DNA of 64,000 nt, from assembly GCA_963667035.1 (NCBI GenBank), contig OY762964.1, positions 480,001 to 544,000 of the forward strand. The letters run 5' to 3'. Below the pieces are notes generated by a model, which searched no databases, was not told where the DNA came from, and saw only the letters and a list, made by a program, of their open reading frames with translations. The DNA comes from Candidatus Cloacimonadales bacterium. Its GTDB lineage: Bacteria; Cloacimonadota; Cloacimonadia; Cloacimonadales; JAFGVF01. Every line of letters starts with the position of its first letter. Position 1 is the first letter of the stretch. Shown in pieces: positions 40,101 through 51,100 of the stretch. A program made the position numbers and the translations under genes.

Positions 40101-40482
40101 GTTTCCTCTAAGAATACTATTAGCGGAAGATAATATAGTTAATCAAAAACTTGCATATCACCTACTTGGAAAACTTGGGTATTCTTTAGATATTGTTGAT
40201 AATGGTCAGATTGCTTTAGAATATTGTCTAAGAGATAAGTATGATATTGTGCTTATGGATCTACAAATGCCGGTTATGGACGGCATAACTGCCTCAAAAG
40301 AGATAATCGCTCGTATCCCAAAAAAGGAACGACCGTATCTCATTGCTCTAACTGCTAACTCTGCTGAGTTAAACAGAAAAGAGTGCCTTGATATTGGTAT
40401 GGACGATTTTATCTCAAAACCTTTTAAAGCTAGAGAGTTAAAAGAAAGATTCGTAAAAGTCTATAACGAGAAATATATGTAA
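37132..40482 (+). CDS. Membrane hybrid sensor histidine kinase (extracytoplasmic sensor, PAS, HisKA, HATPase, degenerate plus intact receiver)
   Basis: Two TMs, SHEIRTPLNG, NAIKFT, GGTGLGLAI, LLAEDN..VLMDLQMP. Confidence 0.95.
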   Translation: MTKKEKRLAGSFQKILIISTILSVAIIFAFRMVWHYSFLKSGLSSTEDSIKKLYQKEVKNYAKYNARYLDEFLDDLQNIIEREIGLCGNSLHSVTESIYRENSFKLGEVETKRKIEENLWHLKDSYFLNSITIIDSNGTIIMTNGIDGIEGKSVYSFLSHEAQDYTRKEIRNLFNSPDLTKNKYLSYFWILWLHNYRNNIYSDEEETLGAVPPVIITDKLKQTIPPFRSIIINHYVNDREIGTVLGFREFKPYKWGIIYEYNMGDRWSETLNRKLDEVYTLVQGLYEDVKVMSLFIDSRTEKHIFLGNKDYWLAKKDLISFIKKTLIENYKDREEKEGFFSFEYPYGKNSKNYICSYKFTTNPKGVSVTVIEEGAKFMGTDYLGTMFKKQTVVEVLIIILLLSILLVIVLFWTRYIRRKLEHYVDYICNAFNSYTPGVVPFEMSEFRYWEWQKVADAANNMLEQRSKIEYELDSERALTEQLFSRNINAVVLITPSGKIMKANPSFNILFGYEDEEVVGKNIDDLIVPDGMMAEATCYTNQAVTIDNISFEARRKHKCGRLIDVQVYTTPVIVNDNVVAIYSIYEDISLKKKAEQQIIKAKEEALAASKAKSSFLATVSHEIRTPLNGIIGMTEVMTNTALNKEQHEYLEIIQNSGETLLVIINDILDLSKMESGNLDIVDKMFDLDRCLASCLDVISSEAEHKGIETILAIEPSVPKLISADEFRIRQVLLNFISNAIKFTENGEIQLRVSIVEENSSNMQLRFELSDTGIGIPEDKLESIFDTFTQADSTITRKYGGTGLGLAISRKIIQLLGGEINVQSKVGEGTVFSFELNVGEWERVPLDAKIISNIKNNKALLVDSNDNSIQVHRKYLESFSLKVEVVKTCIEAKSLLSNGSNYDYCIINDNIPDNGYFKLAKEIRKVNSSEHLKLIFLKYPGATSSTLSYFQAILRKPVSLYRLLPAFMEDNRELREQKSQISRELYNAFAEEFPLRILLAEDNIVNQKLAYHLLGKLGYSLDIVDNGQIALEYCLRDKYDIVLMDLQMPVMDGITASKEIIARIPKKERPYLIALTANSAELNRKECLDIGMDDFISKPFKARELKERFVKVYNEKYM

Positions 40483-40511
40483 TCTACAAGTAAGGTTGCA
40501 GAAAGTATCTT

Positions 40512-42497
40512 TTACCACAATCCTTTCTTATAGTTGAATGTAGAGCTATTAGGAGGATTTGTGCCTTTGCCATAGAAACTCAATAATTGCTTTATAAGCT
40601 GATTACCGGGTTTGGTATAGGATAAGTCAATCAGAAAGCTCTTGAATCCTTTATCTTGAAGTCTTTTCTTTAAATTAAAGATTGCAATTGGATTTTTCGG
40701 CATGACATAAGTTATCCCATTTCTGTGATCCATCAGATACTTATTATCTTCATCTTTAAATTCATCTGAATACACAGGCATGCGACTTATAAATAGTTCC
40801 GGATAGAAATACAGAGGAACTATTCCACCCTTCAATCTATATTGAGTAAGATTCGGAAAGTCGTTTTCCAATGGATATACAAATGAGGATATGCCCTGAC
40901 GTTGAAGAAAGTCTATACTCAAATCATTCAGACAGTATTCCTTTTCATTAGTTATAAACACGAGCTTCTGTTCAGAAGGGAAAAGCTCTTTTTGGCTAAT
41001 ACTACTTAGTGAATAGTTATAATAACCCAAAGATATTAATTGTGAAAGAACATCCTTAACTTGTTCCAAATTATATTCCGGAATAAAATAAGGTAGCTCT
41101 AAGAATATGTTTTTAAGTAAACTTGATTTTAATTGGGGAACTTGAAGTGCTTTATCAAACTCAATCCTAATGATTACCCCTGCAAACTTCCTTACATCCA
41201 ATACATCTAGCCAATCCAGTTTGTTTATTCTTAGGAACAATCCTTTGGAAACTCCGGTAGGCTTATATTTAAGATCGGTTACAAGTTTCTTTTGCTTCTC
41301 TTGAGAAAGCGGTGTTAGATGTTTGCTGTTTTTTAAGCGTATCCTAGGTGGTTTATAACTATTGTCCGAAACCAGATATACTTGCTCTCCCTTACGTACA
41401 TACATGTTTACATCCGGTATATAAATCTGGTCTCCTGAATGAGCAAAATTAGTATCTTCACCTGTTGTTGCATCAATCATGTGCTTAACTTTTATCGGCT
41501 GAGCATCTCTACCGTCAACAGGACGTACTCTAATCATACTTCCCTTTTCTAGTGGAAAGTCAAGTACCATAGTGAGAACTTGTTTTCCCGTAACAGTTAC
41601 TTCTCCTATTCTTTTACCGGTGAAAACATCAGAGCCAATAGCTTTGCTTATATTGCCTCCCATGAAGTAACCTGTTTTCTCTCTGGCATAATCATCCTGA
41701 AGTATAAGTTTTGCTTCTTCAATTCTAGTGGAATCATCAATAACCATTCTATATGCCTTGGCAACTCTATAAACATACTCAGGACGCTTCATGCGTCCTT
41801 CTATCTTGAGACTTTTTACACCAATTTCAGCTAATAATGGTACTACCTCTATTGATTCCAAGTCTTTTAGACTGAATAAATATTCACTTCCCTTTTTATT
41901 CTGATAGATTCTTCTACAAGGTTGACGGCATTGTCCCCTATTTGCACTCATACCTCCGCAGTAACTACTAAACAAACATTTACCGGAAAATGAATAGCAT
42001 AGAGCTCCATGTATGAAAGTTTCAATATCAATGTTAGACTCATCATGTACTGATCTTATCTCAGGAATTGTTAACTCACGAGCCAGAATTACTCTCGGCA
42101 TCTTTAATGATTCACACAGATGAGCTCCTGCTGAGTTATGAAATCCCATTTGTGTGCTTGCATGAATTTCAACATCAGTTAGTCTTTTTGCTAATGAATA
42201 TACCGCCCAATCTTGGATAATGAAAGCATCTACACCTGTTTGTCCCAGCATGTGTATAGTATCGGCTAAATGCATTAACTCATTGTTTTTGATTAATGTG
42301 TTTAGAGTTAAGTATATCTTAGTATTATTCTTATGAGCATACTCAACAAGAGATGCCAGTTCAAACAATTTAAAATTTACAGCTCTGTTTCTAGCATTAA
42401 ATCTATCAATTCCAAGATAAATAGCATCGGCACCGCCATCAATAGCAGCGGCAAGAGCTTCAGTATTTCCCGCAGGTAGTAATAATTCCGGTTTCAT
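40512..42497 (-). CDS. Peptidase U32 family protein, RlhA-like RNA hydroxylation protein
   Basis: ELLLPAG, HASTQ, FIHGALCYSFSGKC, NRGQCRQPCR, SLKIEGRMK; ATG 42497 likely start. Confidence 0.88.
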   Translation of the reverse strand: MKPELLLPAGNTEALAAAIDGGADAIYLGIDRFNARNRAVNFKLFELASLVEYAHKNNTKIYLTLNTLIKNNELMHLADTIHMLGQTGVDAFIIQDWAVYSLAKRLTDVEIHASTQMGFHNSAGAHLCESLKMPRVILARELTIPEIRSVHDESNIDIETFIHGALCYSFSGKCLFSSYCGGMSANRGQCRQPCRRIYQNKKGSEYLFSLKDLESIEVVPLLAEIGVKSLKIEGRMKRPEYVYRVAKAYRMVIDDSTRIEEAKLILQDDYAREKTGYFMGGNISKAIGSDVFTGKRIGEVTVTGKQVLTMVLDFPLEKGSMIRVRPVDGRDAQPIKVKHMIDATTGEDTNFAHSGDQIYIPDVNMYVRKGEQVYLVSDNSYKPPRIRLKNSKHLTPLSQEKQKKLVTDLKYKPTGVSKGLFLRINKLDWLDVLDVRKFAGVIIRIEFDKALQVPQLKSSLLKNIFLELPYFIPEYNLEQVKDVLSQLISLGYYNYSLSSISQKELFPSEQKLVFITNEKEYCLNDLSIDFLQRQGISSFVYPLENDFPNLTQYRLKGGIVPLYFYPELFISRMPVYSDEFKDEDNKYLMDHRNGITYVMPKNPIAIFNLKKRLQDKGFKSFLIDLSYTKPGNQLIKQLLSFYGKGTNPPNSSTFNYKKGLW

Positions 42498-42594
42498 TAA
42501 CTTATAAATCTCCAAAGCATTTCTAAATGTCATGATTTTCGCAGTGGTTTTATTAGCAAGGTTTTAAATAAATGGGACAAATGACTTATTATAG

Positions 42595-42778
42595 AAAAAA
42601 GGAATCCACCTGATAAGTCTCGACTCCTTACCGGGTGGATTATTGAGGCAGATCCATTACTGCATGAACTAAAGTGTTTAAGTAATCATACTATCTCTGC
42701 AATTGTATGCAGAGATAGTATCCACAAGTAAAGTGGAGTTCAGCTTAATACCAAACCGGATTACTTTATGTTACCCTC
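42595..42778 (-). ncRNA. Candidate structured RNA or leader with intrinsic terminator, family not identified
   Basis: Nested stems including a perfect 14-bp hairpin 42688..42721, terminator stem 42603..42641 plus U run, upstream TTGTTT-N17-TATATA. Confidence 0.5.
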
Positions 42779-43469
42779 TATATATAACAAATTAACGTGT
42801 ATAAAACAAGATTATTTAAGAATGAATGAGATATTAGGATAATTGCCAATGATTCAGTTGGGATGACTCTTACTTTTTTATGTTCAAAAGTGACAGTATG
42901 ATGAATATTATGATGAGGAAGCCACTTTTGAATCTTAAGTATTTTTTTGACAGGATGTTATCATCGCCAAAGACAGATTCATTGGCAAAATCCTAACTAT
43001 CAAATAGAGCATATATGATAAACTGAATGATAAAAGAGTATTCAATATATTAGTATCAGACTAAGCTATATAGGCATGAGTTTCGCAATAATAGATTAAC
43101 TCAATGTGATTGATTATATTCCGCCTGCAGAACCTTTAGTTAACAAAAGGGATAGAATCAATAAGAATGATAAAACTTCTATCATAAACTATATCATTAT
43201 TAGTTCTAATCAGCACTTCAAAGATCCATAAACAATTAGACACAATTATTATTATTGTGTCAAAGGATTTCTGAGTTTTTTTGTTAATGAAGTGATTTTC
43301 AATATAGATTCTGTCCTCATAAAAGTGGGAGTACTAGAAAATACTATTAATTTAAATATGTTTTCCAAGCTTTATTGGGGTGTCTACTTATTGATTATAT
43401 GCCTTGTGAGTTGCAGTATTTGTAGGAGTTTAGAGTCCTCAATAGCATTGAAGAAATATTTGTTTTTTA

Positions 43470-43512
43470 CCTGCTCCTTACTTCTCATGAGATACTCGTT
43501 AGTTTCCCGTTA
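43470..43512. repeat. Dispersed 43-bp repeat, copy 2
   Basis: 39/43 identical to 2793..2835. Confidence 0.85.
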
Positions 43513-43779
43513 GAAACTTGTTACGGTAGATGGGAATCGGATTAGGAGTGGATGACTATCAGAAACTATTAATTTGGTTAGTAACGAACTCATAAGAAAA
43601 AATAATCTCAGGGGGTAAACTATCTATGAAAATAAATTCAAGCGAATATCGGAAGCTCTCATTCAATTTAAAAGAGTATTTACATCATAAATTATTACTT
43701 ATATGCTAATTGACAAAAAACTTGACTCAACGCTTGATTAATCAATGTTAGCAAAATCATAATATAAAAAGGATTAGAG

Positions 43780-45567
43780 ATGTTAGATTTACTCGGAAAT
43801 ATAAAAAGAACAGATTATTGCACTGCTCTGAATGCTGAAGCTATTGGTAAAGAAGTTGTCGTCATGGGTTGGGTACACAGAAGAAGAGACCTTGGTGGTC
43901 TTATTTTCGTAGATTTAAGAGACAGAACCGGAATTGTTCAGGTAGTTTTTGACCCGGAAAATGAGGAAGTTCTTACAAAAGCTCAGAGACTCAGGAACGA
44001 GTATGTAATGGCTGTGAAAGGTGAAGTCATTGCCAGAGAAGGCAATGTAAACGAAAAAATGGCAACAGGTGCGATAGAAATAAAAGCTATCGAGTTGTAT
44101 CTTCTCAACGAAAGCTCTCCCCTTCCCGTACAGGTAAATGAGGGAACCCTTGCAGATGAAGACCTGAGACTTGAATATCGTTATCTGGATTTGAGAAGAG
44201 AAGCTATAAAAAGTAAAATCATGCTTAGACATGAGATTATAGCAAGAATTAGGGAATTTCTCAATGGAGCAGGCTTTCTTGATATTGAAACTCCAATCCT
44301 TATGAAATCAACTCCGGAAGGAGCTCGAGATTATTTGGTGCCAAGTAGAATCCATCCCGGTACGTTCTTTGCTCTTCCACAATCACCCCAGCTTTATAAA
44401 CAGCTACTAATGATTTCAGGGTTTGATAAGTATTATCAGATTGCCCGTTGCTTCCGTGATGAAGATCTGAGAGCTGATAGACAACCAGAGTTCACTCAGC
44501 TTGACCTTGAGATGAGCTTTGTAACCGAAGAGGACATTTATAAAGTGATTGAAGACCTTTTAGTTTATGTATATAAATTAACCATCAATGCTGATATTGT
44601 TAAGAAATTTCCAAGGATTACTTATAAAGAAGCAATGGAAAGATACGGTTGTGATAAACCTGATACTCGCTTTGAGATGGAACTTAATGACCTTTCCGAT
44701 GTGCTAGCTAACTCTGAGTTCAAAGTGTTTGCCGGAGCATTATCCGAAAATGGAACAGTTCGTTGTATTGTCGCTCCCGGTTGTGCTTCATACAGCAGAA
44801 AGCAGATTGACGGTCTTACTGATATTGCAAAACATCTTGGAGGAAAAGGTCTTGCTTTTGCAAAGGTTGCTGACGGTACGCTTGAGGCAGGAATCTCAAA
44901 ATTCCTTACTGAAGATGAAAAGATAGGAGTCTTAGCAAGAACAGAAGCTAATGACGGTGATTTAATTCTCTTTGGGGCAGATTCAAAAGAGATAGTCTTG
45001 AAAGTGCTTGCAGGTATTAGAAACCATCTTGGAACAGAGCTTGGACTTATTGATGAAAATAAGTTTAACTTCTTATGGGTTACTCGTTTTCCGATGTTTG
45101 AGTTCAATGCAGACCAAAACAGATGGGAACCTCTTCATCACATGTTTAGTATGCCACAAGAGGAACACCTTGAATATCTTAACGATTCCAGTCGTTATGC
45201 TGAAATTGAAGGTCAGATTTATGATTTAGTATGCAATGGTGTAGAGCTTGCATCTGGTAGTATAAGATGCCATAGACAGGATATTCAAGAGAAGATATTC
45301 AATATTGTTGGTTTCTCTAAAGAGGAGCAAGAGATGAAGTTCGGTTTCTTCCTTAACGCTTTGAGATACGGAACTCCGCCACATGGTGGTATTGCTCCAG
45401 GAATTGACAGAATTGTGATGCAGATGACAAAAGCAGAATCCATTCGCGATGTGATAGCATTCCCTAAAACTCTTAAAGCGGTAGATTTAATGAGTAAAGC
45501 TCCGGGACTTGTAGATAAAGCTCAGCTTGATGAGCTTCATATAAGTATTATCGAAAAAAGTGAATAG
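43780..45567 (+). CDS. aspS: Aspartate--tRNA ligase
   Basis: [50 protein letters not shown]. Confidence 0.99.
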   Translation: MLDLLGNIKRTDYCTALNAEAIGKEVVVMGWVHRRRDLGGLIFVDLRDRTGIVQVVFDPENEEVLTKAQRLRNEYVMAVKGEVIAREGNVNEKMATGAIEIKAIELYLLNESSPLPVQVNEGTLADEDLRLEYRYLDLRREAIKSKIMLRHEIIARIREFLNGAGFLDIETPILMKSTPEGARDYLVPSRIHPGTFFALPQSPQLYKQLLMISGFDKYYQIARCFRDEDLRADRQPEFTQLDLEMSFVTEEDIYKVIEDLLVYVYKLTINADIVKKFPRITYKEAMERYGCDKPDTRFEMELNDLSDVLANSEFKVFAGALSENGTVRCIVAPGCASYSRKQIDGLTDIAKHLGGKGLAFAKVADGTLEAGISKFLTEDEKIGVLARTEANDGDLILFGADSKEIVLKVLAGIRNHLGTELGLIDENKFNFLWVTRFPMFEFNADQNRWEPLHHMFSMPQEEHLEYLNDSSRYAEIEGQIYDLVCNGVELASGSIRCHRQDIQEKIFNIVGFSKEEQEMKFGFFLNALRYGTPPHGGIAPGIDRIVMQMTKAESIRDVIAFPKTLKAVDLMSKAPGLVDKAQLDELHISIIEKSE

Positions 45568-46153
45568 AATGGAAGATTATAAAATAGCAGTTTTCACTTC
45601 AGGAATGAGTCGTGGCTCTAACTTTGAAGCTATGGTGAATGTATTCAAGGGAATGGATCTGCCTATTACAATAGAATTTGTACTTATTACCAGACGCAAC
45701 GCTCCAATTAAGGAGCGTTGTGAGCGTCTTGGTATACCTGTTTATTATGCCCCCACAAAGGATTGGAATTCATTTGAAGAAAAAGTGATTTCCAGATGTA
45801 GAGAATCTAATCTTGATTTAGTTGCTCTGGCAGGTTTTATGAAACAGATTACTCCACATATCATTGACGGTATTGGATGTCCGATGCTGAATATTCATCC
45901 TGCTCTTTTACCAAACTACGGAGGCAAAGGTATGTTCGGTATGAATGTACATAAAGCTGTTTTTGCTGATGGATGCAAAGAATCGGGAGTTACTGTTCAC
46001 CAAGTTAATGATGCATACGATGAGGGAGATATTGTTGCTCAAGAGCAGGTGGATATAACCAAATGTAGTTCTCCGGAAGAGATAGCTAAAACAGTCTTGA
46101 AGATTGAGCACTCCCTCTATGGAAGAGCAATTTGGAGTTTTCTTAAAAAATAA
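45560..46153 (+). CDS. purN: Phosphoribosylglycinamide formyltransferase
   Basis: [29 protein letters not shown]. Confidence 0.95.
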   Translation: MNRMEDYKIAVFTSGMSRGSNFEAMVNVFKGMDLPITIEFVLITRRNAPIKERCERLGIPVYYAPTKDWNSFEEKVISRCRESNLDLVALAGFMKQITPHIIDGIGCPMLNIHPALLPNYGGKGMFGMNVHKAVFADGCKESGVTVHQVNDAYDEGDIVAQEQVDITKCSSPEEIAKTVLKIEHSLYGRAIWSFLKK

Positions 46154-47436
46154 TGAAAATAGCAATTAAAACTCTTGGGTGTAAGATTAATCAATACGAA
46201 TCATCCTGCATTCTCGAACCTTTCGTAAATGACGGATATGCTGTTGTTCCGTTTGAATCGGAAGCTGATATTTATATAGTAAACACTTGTACTGTAACTA
46301 ATAGAACGGATTTCAAATCCCGTAACTTCATACGTAAGGCCCTTAAACATAAAGAATCGAATCCTCATATTAAGATAGTTGTGACCGGCTGTTTTGCTCA
46401 AAGAGAACCTGAGCAGATTGAGGATATGGGTGAGATTGATTACATTGTGGATAATCAACAGAAAGGTCTAATATACAGCCTTCTTAAGACTCAAAAGTTT
46501 GAGTTTCATGATATTCTAACAGAACAATACTTCCCTGAAATGCAAACTTCTGCTATGAATGAGCATAGCCGTGTCTTTTTGAAAGTTCAGGACGGATGTG
46601 ACTTTTATTGTTCATACTGTGCTATACCTTATGCACGTGGACACTCAAGAAGTAGAGAACCGGAAAAGGTAATAGAGCAAGTGGAACTATTAACAAAGCA
46701 AGGTTATCATGAATTTGTGCTTGGTGGTATCAACATGGGTTTGTATGGAAGAGATTTGAATCAAGGTTACTATCTGGAATCATTGATTAAAGATATTAGT
46801 TCTGTCTCAGGTGTTGAGTTAATAAGACTCAGTTCTGTAGAACCACAACTCTTTACCGATGGTATGAAACAGGAAATAGAAAGAAATAGCAAGATATGTT
46901 CTCATTTACATATCCCTTTACAATCCGGATGTGATACAATTTTAAAAGCAATGAAAAGACGCTATACAACTTCGCAATTCATATCTCAGATTAATGATCT
47001 ACTGAGTATCAGACCTGATTTGGCACTTGGTTTTGATGTGATAACCGGATTCCCGGGAGAAACAGATAAGCTTTTTTCAGAGACTTTTGAATTCTTAGAG
47101 AATATTCCATTTACTTACTTGCATAACTTCACTTATTCCCGTCGAAATGGAACTCCTGCTGCTAAACTGAAAGGACAGGTAAACGGTAAAGTGGCTAATG
47201 AGAGAGTGAATAGAATGGAAGCTTTATCACAGAATAAAAAGCAAGTTTATACTCGGAGACTGGTAGATGATAAAATATTGCTCAGAGGTGTAGTCGAAAA
47301 TATTAACAGTGGTATTTGGACTTCTCTTTCTGACCACTACATTCGCATGAACGGAGAGAATTGCGATGTTAAGCAAGGAGATATGATTTCGATAGTACCT
47401 ACTATTATTCAAAAAGATGGGGTAGAGGTGAAATAG
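46153..47436 (+). CDS. mtaB: tRNA t6A37 methylthiotransferase
   Basis: TLGCKINQYES, NTCTVT, KVQDGCDFYCSYCAIPYARG. Confidence 0.93.
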   Translation: MKIAIKTLGCKINQYESSCILEPFVNDGYAVVPFESEADIYIVNTCTVTNRTDFKSRNFIRKALKHKESNPHIKIVVTGCFAQREPEQIEDMGEIDYIVDNQQKGLIYSLLKTQKFEFHDILTEQYFPEMQTSAMNEHSRVFLKVQDGCDFYCSYCAIPYARGHSRSREPEKVIEQVELLTKQGYHEFVLGGINMGLYGRDLNQGYYLESLIKDISSVSGVELIRLSSVEPQLFTDGMKQEIERNSKICSHLHIPLQSGCDTILKAMKRRYTTSQFISQINDLLSIRPDLALGFDVITGFPGETDKLFSETFEFLENIPFTYLHNFTYSRRNGTPAAKLKGQVNGKVANERVNRMEALSQNKKQVYTRRLVDDKILLRGVVENINSGIWTSLSDHYIRMNGENCDVKQGDMISIVPTIIQKDGVEVK

Positions 47437-47437
47437 G

Positions 47438-48130
47438 ATGATTAAAGTTGAGAATTTATATGTAGGTTTCGGTGATAAACCTGTATTGAATAATATTAGT
47501 CTTACTATACCGAAGGGAAAATCAACTGTAGTTATTGGTCGTAGCGGTTGTGGTAAAACGGTTCTGATTAAGAGTATTATTGGTCTCGTAGAATATCAGC
47601 AAGGTAGGATTGAAGTTTCTGGTATTGTTCATGAAGTGGGTAATAATAAAAATCTTGTGAATGTAAGAAAGAAGATATCCATGGTGTTTCAGAATTCAGC
47701 CCTCTTTGATTCCATGAATGTTTTCCAGAACGTAGCGTTTCCATTAGTAGAGCATACTGATTTTAAGCCGACCTTAATCAAGAATATTGTCAGTGATAAG
47801 TTAGCTATGGTTGGCTTAAAAGGTATCGAAGAATTGATGCCGTCGGAACTCTCCGGTGGTATGAAGAAAAGAGTTGGACTTGCAAGAGCAATAGTTTTAG
47901 AGCCTGAATATGTTTTCTATGATGAACCAACTACCGGACTTGATCCCGAAACAACAGAAGAGATAATATCGCTTATGAAGGAGCTGGATGATAATGGTAA
48001 CTGGACTTCAGTTATTATTACTCATGATAGAAAAGTTTTGGAAGCATTCCCTGAAAATATCGTACTGCTAGAAAATGGAGTAATTGGGTTTGAAGGACAC
48101 TTTAGTAAATTGACTAATCATAAGTTTTAA
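47438..48130 (+). CDS. ABC transporter ATP-binding protein (MlaF/Ttg2A-like)
   Basis: GRSGCGKT, FQNSALFDSM, LSGGMKKRVGLAR, DEPTTGLDP. Confidence 0.9.
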   Translation: MIKVENLYVGFGDKPVLNNISLTIPKGKSTVVIGRSGCGKTVLIKSIIGLVEYQQGRIEVSGIVHEVGNNKNLVNVRKKISMVFQNSALFDSMNVFQNVAFPLVEHTDFKPTLIKNIVSDKLAMVGLKGIEELMPSELSGGMKKRVGLARAIVLEPEYVFYDEPTTGLDPETTEEIISLMKELDDNGNWTSVIITHDRKVLEAFPENIVLLENGVIGFEGHFSKLTNHKF

Positions 48131-48144
48131 GAACATCTATATAT

Positions 48145-48174
48145 AAAAAGGGGAGTGCATTTTGCATTCCCCTT
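48145..48174. terminator. Terminator hairpin between convergent genes
   Basis: AAGGGGAGTGCA/TGCATTCCCCTT. Confidence 0.75.
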
Positions 48175-48191
48175 AATTTATAATAGAATGA

Positions 48192-51100
48192 TTACTTCAT
48201 GAGAACCATTTTATTAACTTTAGTTTGTCCGCCATTCTCAAGTTTGTAGAAGTAAACACCACTTGTATGGTTATCAGCTTTCCAAACTATTTCATTTGAA
48301 CCCTTAGTAACATTACCATTAACAAGAGTGTCAACTAACTGACCTCTCATGTTATAGATCTTAAGTGTTGTGTGACCTGTTGTAGGAACACTATACTTAA
48401 TTGTTGTTTCAGGATTGAATGGGTTAGGGAAGTTGTTAAGTTCAAATTTCTGAACAGCAACTTGCTCATTTGTGTCAGTACTGTTATTAACAGTTGCACG
48501 AATCATTATGTTACCATCAGTGATAGGAGTCCATTCAGAAGTTCCTACTTGTAAGAATGAGTATCCGTTTGAACTGGTATCTTTACCAATTACACTTACA
48601 TTTCCAATTTCTACGATACAAACATAGAAAATACCATCTTCTTCATCTGTATATTCCTGTCCTTCAGGAAGAAGGATTGTATTCCAACCGGTAACAATGC
48701 TTGCAGGACTTACAGTTGATTGAAGTACTTGTGAAAGAGGTGTTCCATTAGGACCATCATTATCATAAATACGATAGATTAGTGGTGAAGTACCTGGAGT
48801 ATCAATATACAAATGAATCATTTCAAGTTGAGCACCGGCTTGGGCACTAAATTTAACAGCCATTTTATTTGTAGGACCTGCAGTAACTCCAATTTCTGAT
48901 GTGTTGTCATCATGTAATAGAGTTTCATAATAATCAGGCATTACGAAAAGGTTAACTTCAGCGGGATTTGATGGAGAACCATCATATACAGCTTTAACTT
49001 GATAATAATTAAAAGCTTCAGGAGCAGGAACGTCATGTGTATATGTTAATTCAGTAGTAGTTCCTAACATAGTGAAGTCAGTTCCATTAGATGAGTGATA
49101 TACTTCATAGCTATCAGCATCTCTATCAGGTGTGATATCATATACAGTTCTGGCTTTGATATTCCAGTTGCCACTAATAGGAGTTTCACCACCTGCAGTG
49201 TCTTCAGTAATTGAAACCCATGAGTTGCTTAATCTAATCATATCACCACGACCGGCAACTGCTGGACCTGCATCGATAGGAGCAGGATTTGTTCCATTAG
49301 AAACCATGTGTAAACCAAACCATAACTCTTCTGTCATATCAATTTGAATAGGAGTTGGTAATGTAATTGTGTTCCATGCGTTGATTGTAGGATTAGTAAC
49401 AGGAACTTCTGCTACTGTGTTAATAGCATTATTACCTGTCCATACTTTAACAGTGTAATCACATGTTGCTTCGCGAGCATAGAAATCAATTTCAGTAAGA
49501 TACATTCCATGATAAGGAATCAATTCTGCTAAAGTCCAACGTGAGGCTACATCAAAGCTCATAATGGTTGGGCCACCAATACCATCATAGTTCTCATCAG
49601 AACAATATGACATAGTCTCATAATCAGGTACTATCGGAGCAACCCAATCTAACTGAACACCTGTATCATTCTGAACAGCAGTAAGGTCAGTAGGTTCATA
49701 GAAGAAACCTGCAGGATAATATGTGAATGGAAGTTCTACTACATCAGATTCACCTTCATGATATACAGATGCAACACCTGCTAAGTGGGTTGAACCTGAA
49801 GTAAGACCTGTAAACACATAAGAATCTGTAAGAACATCTTCACCTACTAGCTGACCATCAAGGTATACATTGTAAGATGTTAATGATCTTTCTACCGGAG
49901 TAGCTTCAGTATTGATATTTGTAGCTAACTCATAGCTGTTAGTATCAATTGTCTGTGGTAATGAGCTGGAATGAGAAAGAGTTCTTGTTGCAGTGCCGTC
50001 AAAAGTAAGAGCACCAATCATCCAGTTATTGCTGAAACTAGCTCCGAATGCTACAGAAGCATCAAGCCATTGTCCACCATTGAGAACTTTGTCACCTTTT
50101 CCAACAACTGAGTCTGTGTTATCGTAAGCAGCCGGGAATTCATCATCAGCATGAATAGCAGTATAACCAACCCAAATCTCTTGAGAACCGTCAATAGGAA
50201 TAGCAGTTGGTAGTAATATTTCGTTCCAAACACCACTAACAACATCATCAACTTCTTGTTGCCAAATCAAATTTGCAGCATTTGCTCCGGTCCAGATTTT
50301 CATTGTATAAATGCATGCTGAGTTTCCAGGTACAAAACGTGCTTTAATAATACTTGTGTTAGTGTAATCTGCAAGGTCGGTTGTTGCCCATCTGTTAGCA
50401 ACGGTAATTGAACCTCCACCTTCCCAACCAATACTACCTAGCATAGTATCATTGGACCAACCAATCCATGTTCCGTCAATAATAGGTTCATCCCAAGTCA
50501 AAACACCGCCTGTTTCAATAACAGAAACATTTGATGGAGGGAAGATACCATAGAAAGGAGGTTGGTATGTGAATGTAACATTTACAGGAGTAGATTCACC
50601 GGAATCATGAGTAGCACTTACTCCAACTATATGCTCAGCATTAGGAATTAAATCTATCGGGTCGAGCAAAAACTCATGTGCCTGAATATTTGAAGCAACA
50701 GCTGTACCGTCAAGGTATACATTGAAACCAAGTAAAGTACGTTCAACACGTGAACTTGCTACATATTCAAAACCGGGATTAACAACTGGAGTTGCAGGTA
50801 TTGATTCAGGATTGTAGTTAGCAATTGCAACGGGACGACCTGAATTATCTGCAGCATAAGCTTGGATATTCCAGTTCCCAACTAATTCAGGGTTAATAGA
50901 TGTTAACTGTCTCCATGATCCTTGATAGTACATCATATTTCCGTAACCGCCAATAGTTGGTGAAGAATCATCTGTGCCAGCAGGATGACCTGTTGTTGTA
51001 TTACAATTATAACCGATCCAAAGTTCTTCAGTTCCTGAGATTTGATATGGAGTTGTAAGCGTTACGCTGTTCCATTCGTTAATTGAAGGTGCTGCTACAA

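Noticed and set aside
42595..42778. Assignment as 6S RNA, tRNA or retron ncRNA
   Set aside because: No end-to-end rod with central bubble, no cloverleaf and no adjacent RT; kept only as an unassigned candidate
43115..43186. 23-aa hydrophobic mini-ORF (MIEVLSFLLILSLLLTKGSAGGI) on the minus strand as a type I toxin
   Set aside because: No RBS or antisense evidence; expected by chance in AT-rich DNA; coordinates approximate
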